From positions 6,378-70,377 of the forward strand of contig JAGNLA010000009.1 in the NCBI GenBank assembly GCA_017999835.1: 64,000 nucleotides of DNA, in the 5' to 3' direction. The stretch comes from Caldisericia bacterium. GTDB taxonomy: Bacteria; Caldisericota; Caldisericia; JAAYUI01. This document shows positions 1 to 10,448 of this stretch, piece by piece (position 1 is the first letter of the stretch; the number at the start of each line of letters is the position of its first letter). A program made the position numbers and the translations under genes. The notes under the pieces are model-generated. The model was not told the origin of the DNA and searched no databases. It worked only from the letters and a program-made list of their open reading frames with translations.

Positions 1-474
1 GATCTGCTCAAAGCTCTCATCCCAATGGCAATAATCAAATACATCCTTATGATGCCTGACTGGGTTGTTGCTGTTTGTGGTTGCGCAACGGTATTCGGCC
101 ATGATTTTTCAGTCTTTCTAGGACTAAACGGTGGCGAAGGCTTGGCAACCTCGATGGCAGTTTTATTCTTCCTTGCACCTTTCCACTTTCTGGTTGTCGG
201 ACCGTTTGCACTTGCCACAGGTTATCTTACAGGTTATGTAACAATTGCCGGTGTGGTACAATTCTGGGCTTTTGGCGTGTCTGCATGGGCAACAGGTGTC
301 CCCATGCCTGCAGTCTATGCGACCATAGCCTTGGTCTGTCTAGGGCTTATCAAACAAATTCCATGGATGTCAAAATATCCAATCGGAAAATTCATGAATC
401 AGAATTTTGTGGCGCCTTCGACTGAGACAGTCGCATCATTTGTGAAAGAGCATCTTCCAAGGAGATCCCGCTAG
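1..474 (+). CDS. plsY: PlsY-like glycerol-3-phosphate acyltransferase (5' truncated by the window; divergent motifs)
   Basis: Frame is open from base 1 (DLLKALIP...). Hydrophobic protein with GHDFSVFLGLNGGEGLATS, which resembles PlsY motif 2 (GHxxxxFxxFxGGKGxAT). Confidence 0.65.
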   Translation, partial: DLLKALIPMAIIKYILMMPDWVVAVCGCATVFGHDFSVFLGLNGGEGLATSMAVLFFLAPFHFLVVGPFALATGYLTGYVTIAGVVQFWAFGVSAWATGVPMPAVYATIALVCLGLIKQIPWMSKYPIGKFMNQNFVAPSTETVASFVKEHLPRRSR

Positions 475-1228
475 TCTGCTGAGAAAAATCCAGCCATACC
501 AGAAATTCCCTGTTGCCGTCAGCACCTTTTATTGGTGACAATGTTACTCCCATTATTGTAGCAGGAATCTCGGTAATCCTTTCAAGCGCCGATCTAATTG
601 CCTCTTCGAGATTGTGGTCATTTCTGATGACGCCACCTTTTCCAACTTTTCCGGGGCCAGCTTCAAACTGCGGTTTTAGCAACCAGACCACCCATGCTTT
701 TTCATCAAGAATTTCTTTGAGCGGGGCTATAACTTTGTCACCAGTTATGAATGAAACATCAACAACAGCTGCGTTTAGCTGCTGAGGAAACTTGTCTTTT
801 GTCAGATATCTTGCGTTTGTTTTGTCCATAACCACGACCCTGGGGTCGTTGGCAATTTTTGGTGCTAGCTGAGCCGCGCCAACATCGATGCAATAGACCT
901 TTACGGCACCTTTCTGTAGTAAACAATCAGTAAATCCACCAGTTGACGCCCCTACATCGACCATGACCAAACCTTCGGGGCTCAAGCCAAACAGCTCAAG
1001 TGCGCCTTCGAGTTTCAAACCACCCCTACTGACATATTTTGGTGGCTGTTCAAGTTCAAAAACTGCGTTTTCCGGAAACATTTCACCAGCTTTTACGACT
1101 ATGCTCCCATTGATTCTTACTTTGCCAGCCATTATCAAAAGTCTCGCCTGTGAACGTGTTCCAACCTCTGGCATAAGAGCTACGAGTTCATCTACCCGTC
1201 TTTTTTTTGTGTGTTCAATTGACTTCAT
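392..1228 (-). CDS. tlyA: TlyA family rRNA 2'-O-methyltransferase (S4 domain + FtsJ-like methyltransferase)
   Basis: S4 domain RVDEL..SQARLLIMAGKV, then YVSRGGLKL, DVGASTGGFTDCLLQ.GA, DVSFI, LLKPQFEAG, SPIKGADGNREF. Confidence 0.92.
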   Translation of the reverse strand: MKSIEHTKKRRVDELVALMPEVGTRSQARLLIMAGKVRINGSIVVKAGEMFPENAVFELEQPPKYVSRGGLKLEGALELFGLSPEGLVMVDVGASTGGFTDCLLQKGAVKVYCIDVGAAQLAPKIANDPRVVVMDKTNARYLTKDKFPQQLNAAVVDVSFITGDKVIAPLKEILDEKAWVVWLLKPQFEAGPGKVGKGGVIRNDHNLEEAIRSALERITEIPATIMGVTLSPIKGADGNREFLVWLDFSQQTSGISLEDALSQMMRLSQSKAPQNSDS

Positions 1229-1247
1229 TCTATGTTCCTGTTAATAT
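1219..1247 (+). promoter_or_regulatory. Putative sigma70 promoter for mfd (TTGACT-N17-TAATAT), overlapping the tlyA start codon
   Basis: TTGACT at 1219-1224 and TAATAT at 1242-1247, 14 nt upstream of the ATG at 1262. Confidence 0.45.
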
Positions 1248-1261
1248 TTAACATTGATTCT

Positions 1262-4200
1262 ATGCGCGAATACATTCCATACCTTTCGAGTAAGAAATTT
1301 GCCAGCTCAATCGGACAGCTTGTCAGTGGCAAAACCAGACAGCTTGTCGTGGAAGGACTGGGTAGTTCTGATCTTACCATAAACATAGCTGGTCTTGCAA
1401 GCCAGATTCCTAGGTTTGGCGTGGTGCTTTCTGATGAGCAGGCAGCGCTGAGGTTCCATCAGGAACTTGACGCAGTACTTGGCGATGCACCAATAAACAG
1501 AATTTTCTTCCCGACAGGAGACTCTATTCCTCTTGACAAAACGACCAGCTCACTATCGTTAACAAGTTGGCAGATTTCAAGTCTCTACCAGATAGCAGCC
1601 AACCAGGGAGCCACCATCACAGTCACAAGCCTTCCGGCTCTCTATGACTGTTTAATACCTCAGTCTAACCTGCTTGATGAAGCTGTTATTCTCAACAAAA
1701 GCGACATCATCCCGATGAGCACTCTCAAGGAAAAATTGATACAGCTCGGTTACGAAAAGCAGTCCCAAGTAGAAAAGGTCGGTGAATGCTCAATTCGTGG
1801 TGGAATAATAGATTTCTTCTCTCCATCATCGGAGTATCCATACAGAATTGAATTTGATGTCGACATCATTGACACAATAAGACAAGTCGATCCTGAAACC
1901 CAACTATCAATAAAACAGGTCGAATCCTGCATGCTTCTTCCGGTATCGCACCTTGTGATGAACGAGAAAACCATTGACAACGCAATGTCGATGGTCGAAA
2001 TGTTCCTCCTGACCGTAAGAATGGACAACCCGACACTTCGTGAGCAGATGAAGCATGACGTTGAGTTTATAAAAAACAACGTCAGGTTCACAGGTATAGA
2101 GCATTATCTTCCGTTCTTCTACGGCAAGGCTGTCAGGCTTCTGGATTACATGAAAGATATTCTGATTATCTGGATTGACCCTGACAGAATCAGCGAAACG
2201 TATAACCGTTTCAAGACTGACACTATGGAAGTCTACATCAATGGCATCAAAAAAGGAGAGCTTCTACCACAAAAAGAACTCGATGACATCGAAAGGCTGG
2301 AGTTTCCACACATCACAAGGATCAATCCATCAATCCTGACATACAGCCTCAAAGCGCCTGATTCTTCAATCAAATCCAAACCTATCACCATTCAGCATGC
2401 TCAACCTGACCCAATGGTAGGTAAGCTTGAAGACATCGGAAACTTCATAAAAAGCAAGCACGAAGCAGGTTTCTCGGTCATTATCGCCACCAAGCAACCC
2501 CTAAGGGTCAAAGAGCTCATCGACATCCACACCACGGAAAAACCGGAAAATCTGCCTAAGGATCCCAACGATCCTGTGGAGATTTCGCCGTTTGTTGACA
2601 TCATCAACATTTCGCTCGAAAAGGGTTTTGAGGACAGACGCAGAAAAATCCTTCTCCTTACAGATAACGAGCTGTTCGGTTGGAGACGAAGAATAAAGGC
2701 TACCAGAAGGTTTAAAGGTGGCAGCCCTATCATGTCGGTCGACGAACTTCGCCCTGGCGACCTTCTCGTCCATCTGACCTTTGGCATTGGAATCTACCGA
2801 GGACTCAAAACCGTATCTGCTGCAGGCATCACCAAAGAATACCTTCAAGTTGAGTACGCCAAAGGCGACAAGCTCTACATCCCGCCTGAAAGATTGTCAC
2901 TCATCCACAAATATCTGGGCAACCCAGAAACCGTAACCATCAACAGGCTTGGAGGCAAGGAATGGCCTGAAGCTCTGGCAAAAGTTGCCAGGGGAACCAA
3001 AGACATTGCTGCCGAACTGCTTAAACTCTATGCACGCAGGGAGATTGCAAAAGGCGTTAGCTATCAGGAAGACCCAATCTGGCAGCAGGAACTTGAGAGT
3101 TCGTTCCCATATGAGGAAACCCCTGACCAGCTCAAGGCAATTTCTGATGTAAAAAGAGACCTCGAACGTTCAAAACCAATGGACAGGCTTGTGTGTGGCG
3201 ATGTTGGCTATGGCAAGACTGAAGTCGCCGTCAGGGCAGCTTTCCAGGTTATTGTCGGCGGTAGGCAGGTTGCGCTCCTGTGTCCTACGACCATCCTTGC
3301 CCTTCAGCACTACAACACCTTCAAGGAACGCTACGCGCCATTCCCGATAAAGGTTGAGCAACTCTCACGATTCAAAGGTAAGACCAGCCAAAAAAAGGTC
3401 ATCGACGGACTTTCTGATGGCACGGTGGAGTTTGTTGTTGGAACTCACAGACTCATTCAAAGTGACATCAAGTTTAAGGATCTTGGTTTGCTCATCATCG
3501 ATGAAGAGCAGCGTTTTGGCGTTGAGGACAAGGAAAAGATAAAGAAACTCAAGGAAAATGTTGACGTTCTCACACTCACTGCCACTCCGATCCCAAGAAC
3601 CCTTGAAATGACGCTCACAGGTGTAAGAGAAATCTCTCAAATCAACTCCAGCCCCGAGGGCAGGAAGCCTGTCAAAACCTATGTCATGCCCTACTCTGAC
3701 GATGCAGCCAAAGACGCAATCGACAACGAACTTGCCAGGGGCGGCCAGGTTTACTACGTCAACAACAGAATTCAGGGTCTTGGCGCAATCATGTGGAAGC
3801 TTAAAAAGCTCGTTCCAAAGGCAAGAATTGCCATTGCCCACGGCCAGATGGATTCAGATGAGCTTGAAGACATCATGCTTAATTTTTATAACGGCGACAT
3901 CGACATTTTGCTGTGCACAACCATCATCGAATCAGGTCTTGACGTTCCAACGGTAAACACAATCATTGTTGACAACGCCCAAAACCTCGGTCTTGCCCAA
4001 ATGTACCAGCTGCGTGGAAGGGTCGGAAGATCCCAAAAACGCGCCTATGCCTATTTTATGTACCCGGAGGACAACCCCCTGACTGAAGAAGCAAGGCTAA
4101 GGCTTGAAGCGATCAGAGACTTCGTTGACCTTGGAAGCGGTTTGAAAATAGCTATGCGCGACTTGGAAATCAGAGGCGCAGGAAACATTCTTGGCGCTGA

Positions 4201-4753
4201 GCAGTCAGGTCACATTTCAGCCGTAGGGTATGACTTGTACCTTCGAATGCTTGAAGATGCAAAAAAACAGCTCCAGAATGCCCAGGAAGGTAAACCTTAC
4301 AGACCCGAACAGCCGAAAATGGAGTGCAACGTTGACCTCCGCGTCAGTGGATACATCCCAGACCTGTACGTGCCTGATGAAGCGCTGAGGATAGACTGCT
4401 ACCAGAGGCTCCTTGATGCTGAAAACGTCAACGCCGTAGAGGTCATCGAGGAAGAATTGACCGACAGGTTCGGTCACCCACCTCCAGAGGTTGAGTCATT
4501 ATACGAACTGGTAAAACTCAGAGTACTGGCTCAAAACATGGGTATCATGAGCATTGTCGAGGACAACCTGACCATCAACTTCAGCTTTGGACCAAACGCA
4601 AAACTCAGGGAAGATTTCCTGGACAGACTTGTTTCAAGGTTTGGTGACAGGACAACCGTCAGGCCAAACATGATAAGAATCAGAAAAATGCGCGACGACA
4701 CCATAAAGCTGTCAATGGAATTCATTGACCTGGCATGTGAGGATACAAGATGA
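1262..4753 (+). CDS. mfd: Transcription-repair coupling factor
   Basis: UvrB-homology N-terminus (RGGIIDFFS), CarD/RID region ([14 protein letters not shown]), [57 protein letters not shown] and a TRCF C-terminus. ATG 1262 is preferred over TTG 1232. Confidence 0.97.
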   Translation: MREYIPYLSSKKFASSIGQLVSGKTRQLVVEGLGSSDLTINIAGLASQIPRFGVVLSDEQAALRFHQELDAVLGDAPINRIFFPTGDSIPLDKTTSSLSLTSWQISSLYQIAANQGATITVTSLPALYDCLIPQSNLLDEAVILNKSDIIPMSTLKEKLIQLGYEKQSQVEKVGECSIRGGIIDFFSPSSEYPYRIEFDVDIIDTIRQVDPETQLSIKQVESCMLLPVSHLVMNEKTIDNAMSMVEMFLLTVRMDNPTLREQMKHDVEFIKNNVRFTGIEHYLPFFYGKAVRLLDYMKDILIIWIDPDRISETYNRFKTDTMEVYINGIKKGELLPQKELDDIERLEFPHITRINPSILTYSLKAPDSSIKSKPITIQHAQPDPMVGKLEDIGNFIKSKHEAGFSVIIATKQPLRVKELIDIHTTEKPENLPKDPNDPVEISPFVDIINISLEKGFEDRRRKILLLTDNELFGWRRRIKATRRFKGGSPIMSVDELRPGDLLVHLTFGIGIYRGLKTVSAAGITKEYLQVEYAKGDKLYIPPERLSLIHKYLGNPETVTINRLGGKEWPEALAKVARGTKDIAAELLKLYARREIAKGVSYQEDPIWQQELESSFPYEETPDQLKAISDVKRDLERSKPMDRLVCGDVGYGKTEVAVRAAFQVIVGGRQVALLCPTTILALQHYNTFKERYAPFPIKVEQLSRFKGKTSQKKVIDGLSDGTVEFVVGTHRLIQSDIKFKDLGLLIIDEEQRFGVEDKEKIKKLKENVDVLTLTATPIPRTLEMTLTGVREISQINSSPEGRKPVKTYVMPYSDDAAKDAIDNELARGGQVYYVNNRIQGLGAIMWKLKKLVPKARIAIAHGQMDSDELEDIMLNFYNGDIDILLCTTIIESGLDVPTVNTIIVDNAQNLGLAQMYQLRGRVGRSQKRAYAYFMYPEDNPLTEEARLRLEAIRDFVDLGSGLKIAMRDLEIRGAGNILGAEQSGHISAVGYDLYLRMLEDAKKQLQNAQEGKPYRPEQPKMECNVDLRVSGYIPDLYVPDEALRIDCYQRLLDAENVNAVEVIEEELTDRFGHPPPEVESLYELVKLRVLAQNMGIMSIVEDNLTINFSFGPNAKLREDFLDRLVSRFGDRTTVRPNMIRIRKMRDDTIKLSMEFIDLACEDTR

Positions 4754-5958
4754 ACTTTTCATGGATAATCGATAAAGAACTTATGCTTTCATCGGCACCG
4801 GAGTCCAACACCATGCTTCGGGCTCTCAAAAGCGCTGGAATAAAAGCAGTGATTTGCGCAACTCAGAATCCATTTCCAGTTGAAGCTTACAACCAACTCG
4901 GGATGGAAGTATTTGAGCTGCCACTTACCAGCAACAATCCTCCATCACTTGAGGAGCTAAAGCGTTTTGCCCAGTGGACAGCGCTGATGATCCACGCAAA
5001 ACAGCCACTCATGATTTTCTGTGAGCAGGGGTTTGATCGCGCCGGAATGCTTGCTGCCTGCTACCTGATCATTCACAGACATTTCAGCTCCAGGGATGCG
5101 TTAAAAGAAATCAGGGACATCCGTGGAGAGAATGCGATCAGTTCAGCAAAATTCCAGGAATTCCTCATCGATTGTGAATATGTCAGGCCATTGCTGGTCG
5201 ATTCAAAGGATCAGGCGTTTTTTAACGCAGTAACCATTACCGACATCCTCAGAAGACGTTGCCCCTGGGACAGGGAACAGACACCTGAATCGATGCTGCC
5301 AAATTTACTTGAAGAAACCTACGAAACTTGGGAAGCAATACTAAAAAAAGATGACCCAAACATCGCCTCCGAACTTGGCGATGTGTTGCTCCAGGTTCTG
5401 ATGATTTCCAGAATGAAATCTGAAAGCTCAGATTTCAACATTGAAACAGTCATCTCGGCCATGACTGAAAAACTCATCAAGCGCCACCCCCATGTGTTTG
5501 CCGACTCGGACACCGACACGCCAGACACCGTACTCAAACAATGGAAGAGCCTCAAAGAAACCGAGGCAGGTTCAATTGCTGACATCCCAACCACCATTCC
5601 GGCAATAGGCAGAGCTGACAGAGTCATGTCTTTTGCCAAGAAACGTGGTTTTGATTGGCCAAAAATTGACGGCGTCATCGACAAAGCTCACGAAGAGCTC
5701 AATGAGCTCAAACATTCTGCCGAAAACGAATCACACGAGAGGGTGGAGCAGGAGTTTGGCGACGTGATGTTTGTCATGCTCAACCTTGCAAGGTTTCTCA
5801 AGGTCAACCCTGAACTGTCACTTCACAAAACATTGGACAAGTTCGTGGCACGGTTCTCAAAAATCGAAGAGACGGCAAAGACACTCGGCATCACCATTGA
5901 CAAGATGACACTTGAGCAAATGGACGACATCTGGAACGAGGCGAAGAAACATGAGTGA
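4750..5958 (+). CDS. mazG: Dual-specificity-phosphatase-like domain fused to a MazG nucleoside triphosphate pyrophosphohydrolase
   Basis: N-terminal ~145 aa has NFSWI and the CX5R loop CEQGFDRAG followed by LAACYL. The C-terminal part has tandem MazG domains (CPWDREQT, EETYE..EAI, ELGDVLLQV, KLIKRHPHVF, GFDW, EFGD, NPELSL...KFVARF). ATGA overlap with mfd. Confidence 0.88.
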   Translation: MNFSWIIDKELMLSSAPESNTMLRALKSAGIKAVICATQNPFPVEAYNQLGMEVFELPLTSNNPPSLEELKRFAQWTALMIHAKQPLMIFCEQGFDRAGMLAACYLIIHRHFSSRDALKEIRDIRGENAISSAKFQEFLIDCEYVRPLLVDSKDQAFFNAVTITDILRRRCPWDREQTPESMLPNLLEETYETWEAILKKDDPNIASELGDVLLQVLMISRMKSESSDFNIETVISAMTEKLIKRHPHVFADSDTDTPDTVLKQWKSLKETEAGSIADIPTTIPAIGRADRVMSFAKKRGFDWPKIDGVIDKAHEELNELKHSAENESHERVEQEFGDVMFVMLNLARFLKVNPELSLHKTLDKFVARFSKIEETAKTLGITIDKMTLEQMDDIWNEAKKHE

Positions 5959-6700
5959 AGCAATTACTGAAACCCTCAAGGGCGACACTGGCTACTACGC
6001 CATTGGCAACAATCTCGAACACAAATTTGGCGCAAACCTAATTTTCAACACCGACTTCAAGGTGTGGTCATGCAACATGGCAAGGGATCTTGACGATGCG
6101 ACCGATATCGATTCCATCATCAAATTCTTTGAGGACAAGGGCATTGATTTTTGCAGAGCTTTTGCCCTCACCACACAAGAAAATTTGCTAAACAAACTGA
6201 CTGCCAAAGGCTTCAGGCAAACCAGCTCCCAGATCGGCTTCTGGATTGACAGGTACGAACCGGTCATCGATCCTGTATTCAGCTTCACCCTTGTTGATGA
6301 CGATGCCAGCAAAAAAACCTATCTTGAACTTCACAAGCTTGAAGCGCTTGAACACAACACTCCTGCTGAAATCGTCGATTCCATAGGGCAGCAAAGGCTT
6401 GATAAAAACAAAGACAGTCACATGAAGTGGTTCCTGGTCAATCGTGAAGGTAAACTGGCCGGTTCAGTTGGAATACTGCTACTGGATAATTCTGCAAGAA
6501 TCAAGAATCCTTACACTTTACCGGAGTTCAGGGGCAAGGGCATAGGCGCAAACGCCTGTCATTTCGTAAACAAACTGGCTTTTGAAAACGGGGCAAAGGG
6601 CATCAGTGTCTACGCCCAGCCAAACTCAGGCGGATTCAAACTCTACACAAAGATGGGATTTGGTCAGGTCTTGGAACATAAAATATTGATGAGACCTTGA
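5951..6700 (+). CDS. GNAT family N-acetyltransferase
   Basis: C-terminal acetyl-CoA motif [12 protein letters not shown] and [13 protein letters not shown] 5951 overlaps the mazG stop. Confidence 0.78.
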   Translation: MSEAITETLKGDTGYYAIGNNLEHKFGANLIFNTDFKVWSCNMARDLDDATDIDSIIKFFEDKGIDFCRAFALTTQENLLNKLTAKGFRQTSSQIGFWIDRYEPVIDPVFSFTLVDDDASKKTYLELHKLEALEHNTPAEIVDSIGQQRLDKNKDSHMKWFLVNREGKLAGSVGILLLDNSARIKNPYTLPEFRGKGIGANACHFVNKLAFENGAKGISVYAQPNSGGFKLYTKMGFGQVLEHKILMRP

Positions 6701-6731
6701 TATTACCATTAACAGTGCTACCTTGAACTCT

Positions 6732-6923
6732 ATGGAATGCAACATCGAAACCAATATCAAAAAATGCAATTGCACGTATGAGCCGTGCTCAAAAAAAGGC
6801 AAATGCTGCCTCTGCATAAGTTACCACAGGTCGAACGGAGAGCTTCCGGCATGCTACTTCACGGCCGAGGAGGAAAATACCTATGACCGGTCAATCGAAT
6901 TCTTTGTCAGAAAACACAAATAG
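6732..6923 (+). CDS. Small Cys-rich protein, DUF6485-like
   Basis: 63-aa [43 protein letters not shown]. The Cys pattern was recognised from memory as DUF6485-like. Confidence 0.62.
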   Translation: MECNIETNIKKCNCTYEPCSKKGKCCLCISYHRSNGELPACYFTAEEENTYDRSIEFFVRKHK

Positions 6924-7656
6924 CTGGAATCCATCACCATCAAAAAATGAAGGCACCTTCGGCTATGAAGCGGTAAACCGCCTTCTACTCTACGGTTTTT
7001 TGGGATACCTTCCGGAAGACGCAGGACAAGTGCTCATAATGCACGGCCCAAAGCAGGCTGAAACAGCTATTCTGCTTGAACAAAACGGATATGACGTCAC
7101 CATGTTGTGTGAACCTGATTGCGATGACCCTGGGTGTCTGGCAAAAAACCTCAACCAAATGGATAGCGAGTCCTTTGATGCCGTGGTTTTCCCGGGCTGG
7201 CTTACCGATTATGGTCAGACAGAAAAACTAGCAAGGCAAGCCATGGACGTACTTAGGGACAAGGGGTTGTTCGTTGGTTCATTTGCGGGAAGATATGCTG
7301 CATCGATTGACTTTGCCTCAAAATCAATAAGCATGGCAAGAGACATCGCTGGCAGTCAGCAAGATGTAAGTTGGCATGGGGCAACAGAGCTCTACTCTCC
7401 CAATGAAGCCATAACCATGCTTGAAGCGATCGGTTTTGAAGTTCTAGATTTGTTTGGCTGGCAGCTATCTCTTTCAAAAATACAAAAAAACAAACTTGAT
7501 TCCAGTGACTGGACTGACGATGAAATGGATGAGATTTGCGATCTTGAGTTCAGACTGGCACAGGAAAGATCACTTCTGGGTTGTGCACCGACAATCCAGT
7601 TCATTGCAAAAAAGATAACTGCTCAGGAAGAACCGGAAACTACAGAGCAACCATAA
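6883..7656 (+). CDS. Class I SAM-dependent methyltransferase-like protein (degenerate motif I)
   Basis: GGAGG Shine-Dalgarno at 6869-6873. Rossmann-like order YLP..GQVLI..G......[26 protein letters not shown] and [10 protein letters not shown]. Confidence 0.55.
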   Translation: MTGQSNSLSENTNSWNPSPSKNEGTFGYEAVNRLLLYGFLGYLPEDAGQVLIMHGPKQAETAILLEQNGYDVTMLCEPDCDDPGCLAKNLNQMDSESFDAVVFPGWLTDYGQTEKLARQAMDVLRDKGLFVGSFAGRYAASIDFASKSISMARDIAGSQQDVSWHGATELYSPNEAITMLEAIGFEVLDLFGWQLSLSKIQKNKLDSSDWTDDEMDEICDLEFRLAQERSLLGCAPTIQFIAKKITAQEEPETTEQP

Positions 7657-8416
7657 TCCGTTCAATTGAACGGCACTTGCCTGATTGACTGTCGATGTCG
7701 CACACAACAGCACAAAGCCTTACATCTTCAGTTGCAACGTCAAATCTTTTTCTCTTTTGAGTCAGGAATTTTGCCAATGGCCCTTCCTGCTTCATGCCAA
7801 TAATCGAGTAAAAAGGTCCAGTCATTCCGACATCAGTGAGGTATCCGGTTCCACCTGGCAAAACCCGCTCATCAGCTGTCATGACATGAGTATGGGTTCC
7901 GACAACAGCAGAAACCCTGCCATCAAGATAAATACCCAACGCCTGTTTTTCTGATGTTGCCTCGGCATGAAAATCCACGAATATACATTTGGTAAATCTC
8001 GACACTTCCTCAATTATTGAATCACAAACCCTAAACGGACAATCGATTGGACTCATAAAAACTCTGCCCATGAGATTGATAACAGCCAAAGGTCCTGCTG
8101 CGCCATCGATCATTATCCACTGTCGGCCTGGATTTCCAGGTGGGAGGTTTGCTGGTCTTGCCACCAATGGGTTGACCTCAAGCAATGTTTCGGCGTCAAC
8201 CTGGTCGTAAATGTGATTTCCAAGCGTCAGCCCATCACAGCCGATCATAAACAGTCCAGCTGAAATTTCCTGAGTTATTCCAAATCCACCTGCTGCGTTT
8301 TCAGCGTTGGCAATGACGTAGTCTATGGAATACTGTTTCTTCAAATTTTGAATGTGTTTTTCAACGGCCTGGCGTCCAGGTCGACCAATTATGTCACCAA
8401 TAAAAAGAACTCTCAA
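7640..8416 (-). CDS. ymdB: TIGR00282/YmdB family metallophosphoesterase (2',3'-cyclic nucleotide phosphodiesterase)
   Basis: MRVLFIGDIIG.PGR, NAENAAGG.G, TLGNH, VDFHAEATSEK, VVGTHTHV.TAD, TDVGMTGP. TTG start. Confidence 0.94.
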   Translation of the reverse strand: MRVLFIGDIIGRPGRQAVEKHIQNLKKQYSIDYVIANAENAAGGFGITQEISAGLFMIGCDGLTLGNHIYDQVDAETLLEVNPLVARPANLPPGNPGRQWIMIDGAAGPLAVINLMGRVFMSPIDCPFRVCDSIIEEVSRFTKCIFVDFHAEATSEKQALGIYLDGRVSAVVGTHTHVMTADERVLPGGTGYLTDVGMTGPFYSIIGMKQEGPLAKFLTQKRKRFDVATEDVRLCAVVCDIDSQSGKCRSIERIMVAL

Positions 8417-8437
8417 AATTTTTGACCTTTCTACGTC

Positions 8438-8465
8438 AAAACCCCCGATGAGTATCGGGGGTTTT
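8438..8465 (-). terminator. Intrinsic terminator hairpin between rny and ymdB
   Basis: AAAACCCCCGAT-gagt-ATCGGGGGTTTT: 12-bp stem 8 nt past the rny stop. Confidence 0.7.
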
Positions 8466-8473
8466 GGTTTTTC

Positions 8474-10030
8474 TCACTGGGCGTTTTCAGTGAATCGCAC
8501 TTCCCTTATGACCGTAACCCTGATGGTTCCAGGATAAGTAAGCTCTTTTTCAATTCTGTTTGCAATGTCTCTTGCTGTCTGCCAACTCAAAACATCGTCA
8601 ACTTCTTTTGGCTCAACGATTACCCTGATCTCGCGACCTGCCTGAATGGCATAGGTTTTCTCGACACCCTTGAAGCTCTTGGCGATGGTTTCAAGCTGCT
8701 CGAGACGCTTGATATATGCCTCGAGGCTTTCGCGTCTGGCGCCCGGTCTTGAGGCTGAAATGGCATCACTTGCCTGAATAAGGACTGGATAGACGCTGCT
8801 CGGAGAGATGTCTGTGTGGTGGAGTCTTGCCGATTCAACAACCTCAAAGTGCTCGTTGTAGCGCTTGAGAATATCGGCACCGAGTTCATCATGGCTGCCT
8901 TCTTTTTCACGGTCGACAGCCTTGCCGATGTCATGGAGAAGTCCGGCACGCTTGGCGAGATTGATGTCAAGTCCGAGTTCTCTTGCCATGTGTGCTGCAA
9001 GCATGGCCACCTCGATTGAGTGGGTAAGCACATTCTGGCCATAGGATGTCCTGAACTTCAGTCTGCCAAGGAGTTTGACCAAATCTGGTTTCATTGACGG
9101 AAGACCAACATCGAGCAGTGCCTGTTCGCCCTCAATTTTGAGTCTCTCTTCAAACTCTTTTGTTGCTTTTTCTACACATTCCTCGATGCGTCCAGGATGG
9201 ATTCTGCCGTCGATGATCAGCTTCTCGAGAGCTATTTTTCCAATTTCTCTTCTGATTGGGTCAAAACATGAAATGGTGACAACTTCTGGTGTGTCATCAA
9301 CAAGAAGGTCGACGCCTGTTGCTGTTTCAAACGTGCGGATGTTTCTGCCTTCACGGCCGATGATCTTGCCTTTGATCTCTTCTGATGGAAGCGGAACAGC
9401 TGAAACAGTGACTTCTGAAGTATATTCCGAAGCAATTCTTTGAACTGACGAGAGAATGATTTCCCTTGACTTTGAGTTTGCCCTTTCGATGGTCTCGTCT
9501 TCCATGTTTTTTGCTTTCTGGGCAAGCTCATAGCTCATCTTCTGCTTCATGTCTTCAAGGATGACGTTTTTGGCTTGTTCAGGTGTAAGTCCTGCTATTC
9601 TTTGAAGTTCTTTTGTTTGGCTTAAAACTATTTGGTCTATCTTTTCATGCTTGAGGTCGAGTTCTTTCTCTTTTGATGTGAAATCCTGTTCGCGCTTGTT
9701 TTGAGCTTCGTTTCTCTGTTCGAGTTTGTCTTCTCTCTGGGCAAGCCTGCGCTCCATGTCGACAAGTTCCTGCCTTTGGGTGCGGAACTCAGATTCACGC
9801 TGGGCGACAATCTTCATCGCCTCATCCCTTGCATTGACAAGGATTTCCTTCTTTTCGGTCTCGGCTTCCTGTCTCACATCGTCAAGAATCTTCTTGGCTT
9901 CAGCTTCGGCCTTTTTAACAGTGCCGTCAGCCTTTTTGCCAAGAAATTGCGAGCCAAAGTAGTAGCCTGCTACTGCTCCGACAATCAACGCAACAACTCC
10001 AATCAAAATCTCAATCATTTTCATCTCCAT
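8474..10030 (-). CDS. rny: Ribonuclease Y
   Basis: N-terminal TM helix, coiled coil, KH domain (KGKIIGREGRNIR), HD domain (RTSYGQNVL.HS, LLHDIGKA) and C-terminal AIQAGREIRV. Confidence 0.97.
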   Translation of the reverse strand: MEMKMIEILIGVVALIVGAVAGYYFGSQFLGKKADGTVKKAEAEAKKILDDVRQEAETEKKEILVNARDEAMKIVAQRESEFRTQRQELVDMERRLAQREDKLEQRNEAQNKREQDFTSKEKELDLKHEKIDQIVLSQTKELQRIAGLTPEQAKNVILEDMKQKMSYELAQKAKNMEDETIERANSKSREIILSSVQRIASEYTSEVTVSAVPLPSEEIKGKIIGREGRNIRTFETATGVDLLVDDTPEVVTISCFDPIRREIGKIALEKLIIDGRIHPGRIEECVEKATKEFEERLKIEGEQALLDVGLPSMKPDLVKLLGRLKFRTSYGQNVLTHSIEVAMLAAHMARELGLDINLAKRAGLLHDIGKAVDREKEGSHDELGADILKRYNEHFEVVESARLHHTDISPSSVYPVLIQASDAISASRPGARRESLEAYIKRLEQLETIAKSFKGVEKTYAIQAGREIRVIVEPKEVDDVLSWQTARDIANRIEKELTYPGTIRVTVIREVRFTENAQ

Positions 10031-10448
10031 TTATAAGGTAATAAGGAAATCCAAGTCGGAACAGCTTCGCTTTCAGTTGGTCGCCTTGCAGTTTTGTTCC
10101 AAGCGACTCTCGTGCATGTCGGATAACTGCGTTCCAATCTACAGTTTTCATGGTTTCCTCAATTGTTTTCCCAGAAACCCCAAGTTCAAGCAGTTTTGCT
10201 TTTATCCTCAACGGTCCCCAGAACTTTTTTGTTTTTGAAGTTACGAAAGCCAGAGTGAACTTCTCGTCATCTACAAGCTTGTATCGTTCGAGCTTGTCAA
10301 ATGTGTCGTCAATCTCTTCCTGGCTATACTGCCTTTTCTTGAGACGGGTCAGAATTTCATGCTTCGACCTGTCTCGGTAGCTAAGCAGCCTGAACGAATA
10401 ATCAAGCGCCTTTTTTTGCTGCTGTTTCGGCCTTCTTGCCCAGGCCAT
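10011..10448 (-). CDS. recX: Regulatory protein RecX
   Basis: [45 protein letters not shown]. Lies directly after recA. Confidence 0.88.
   Translation of the reverse strand: MAWARRPKQQQKKALDYSFRLLSYRDRSKHEILTRLKKRQYSQEEIDDTFDKLERYKLVDDEKFTLAFVTSKTKKFWGPLRIKAKLLELGVSGKTIEETMKTVDWNAVIRHARESLGTKLQGDQLKAKLFRLGFPYYLINGDEND

Noticed and set aside
392-1228. tlyA as a haemolysin/virulence factor
   Set aside because: The motifs are those of the S4 + FtsJ rRNA methyltransferase; nothing supports a toxin role.
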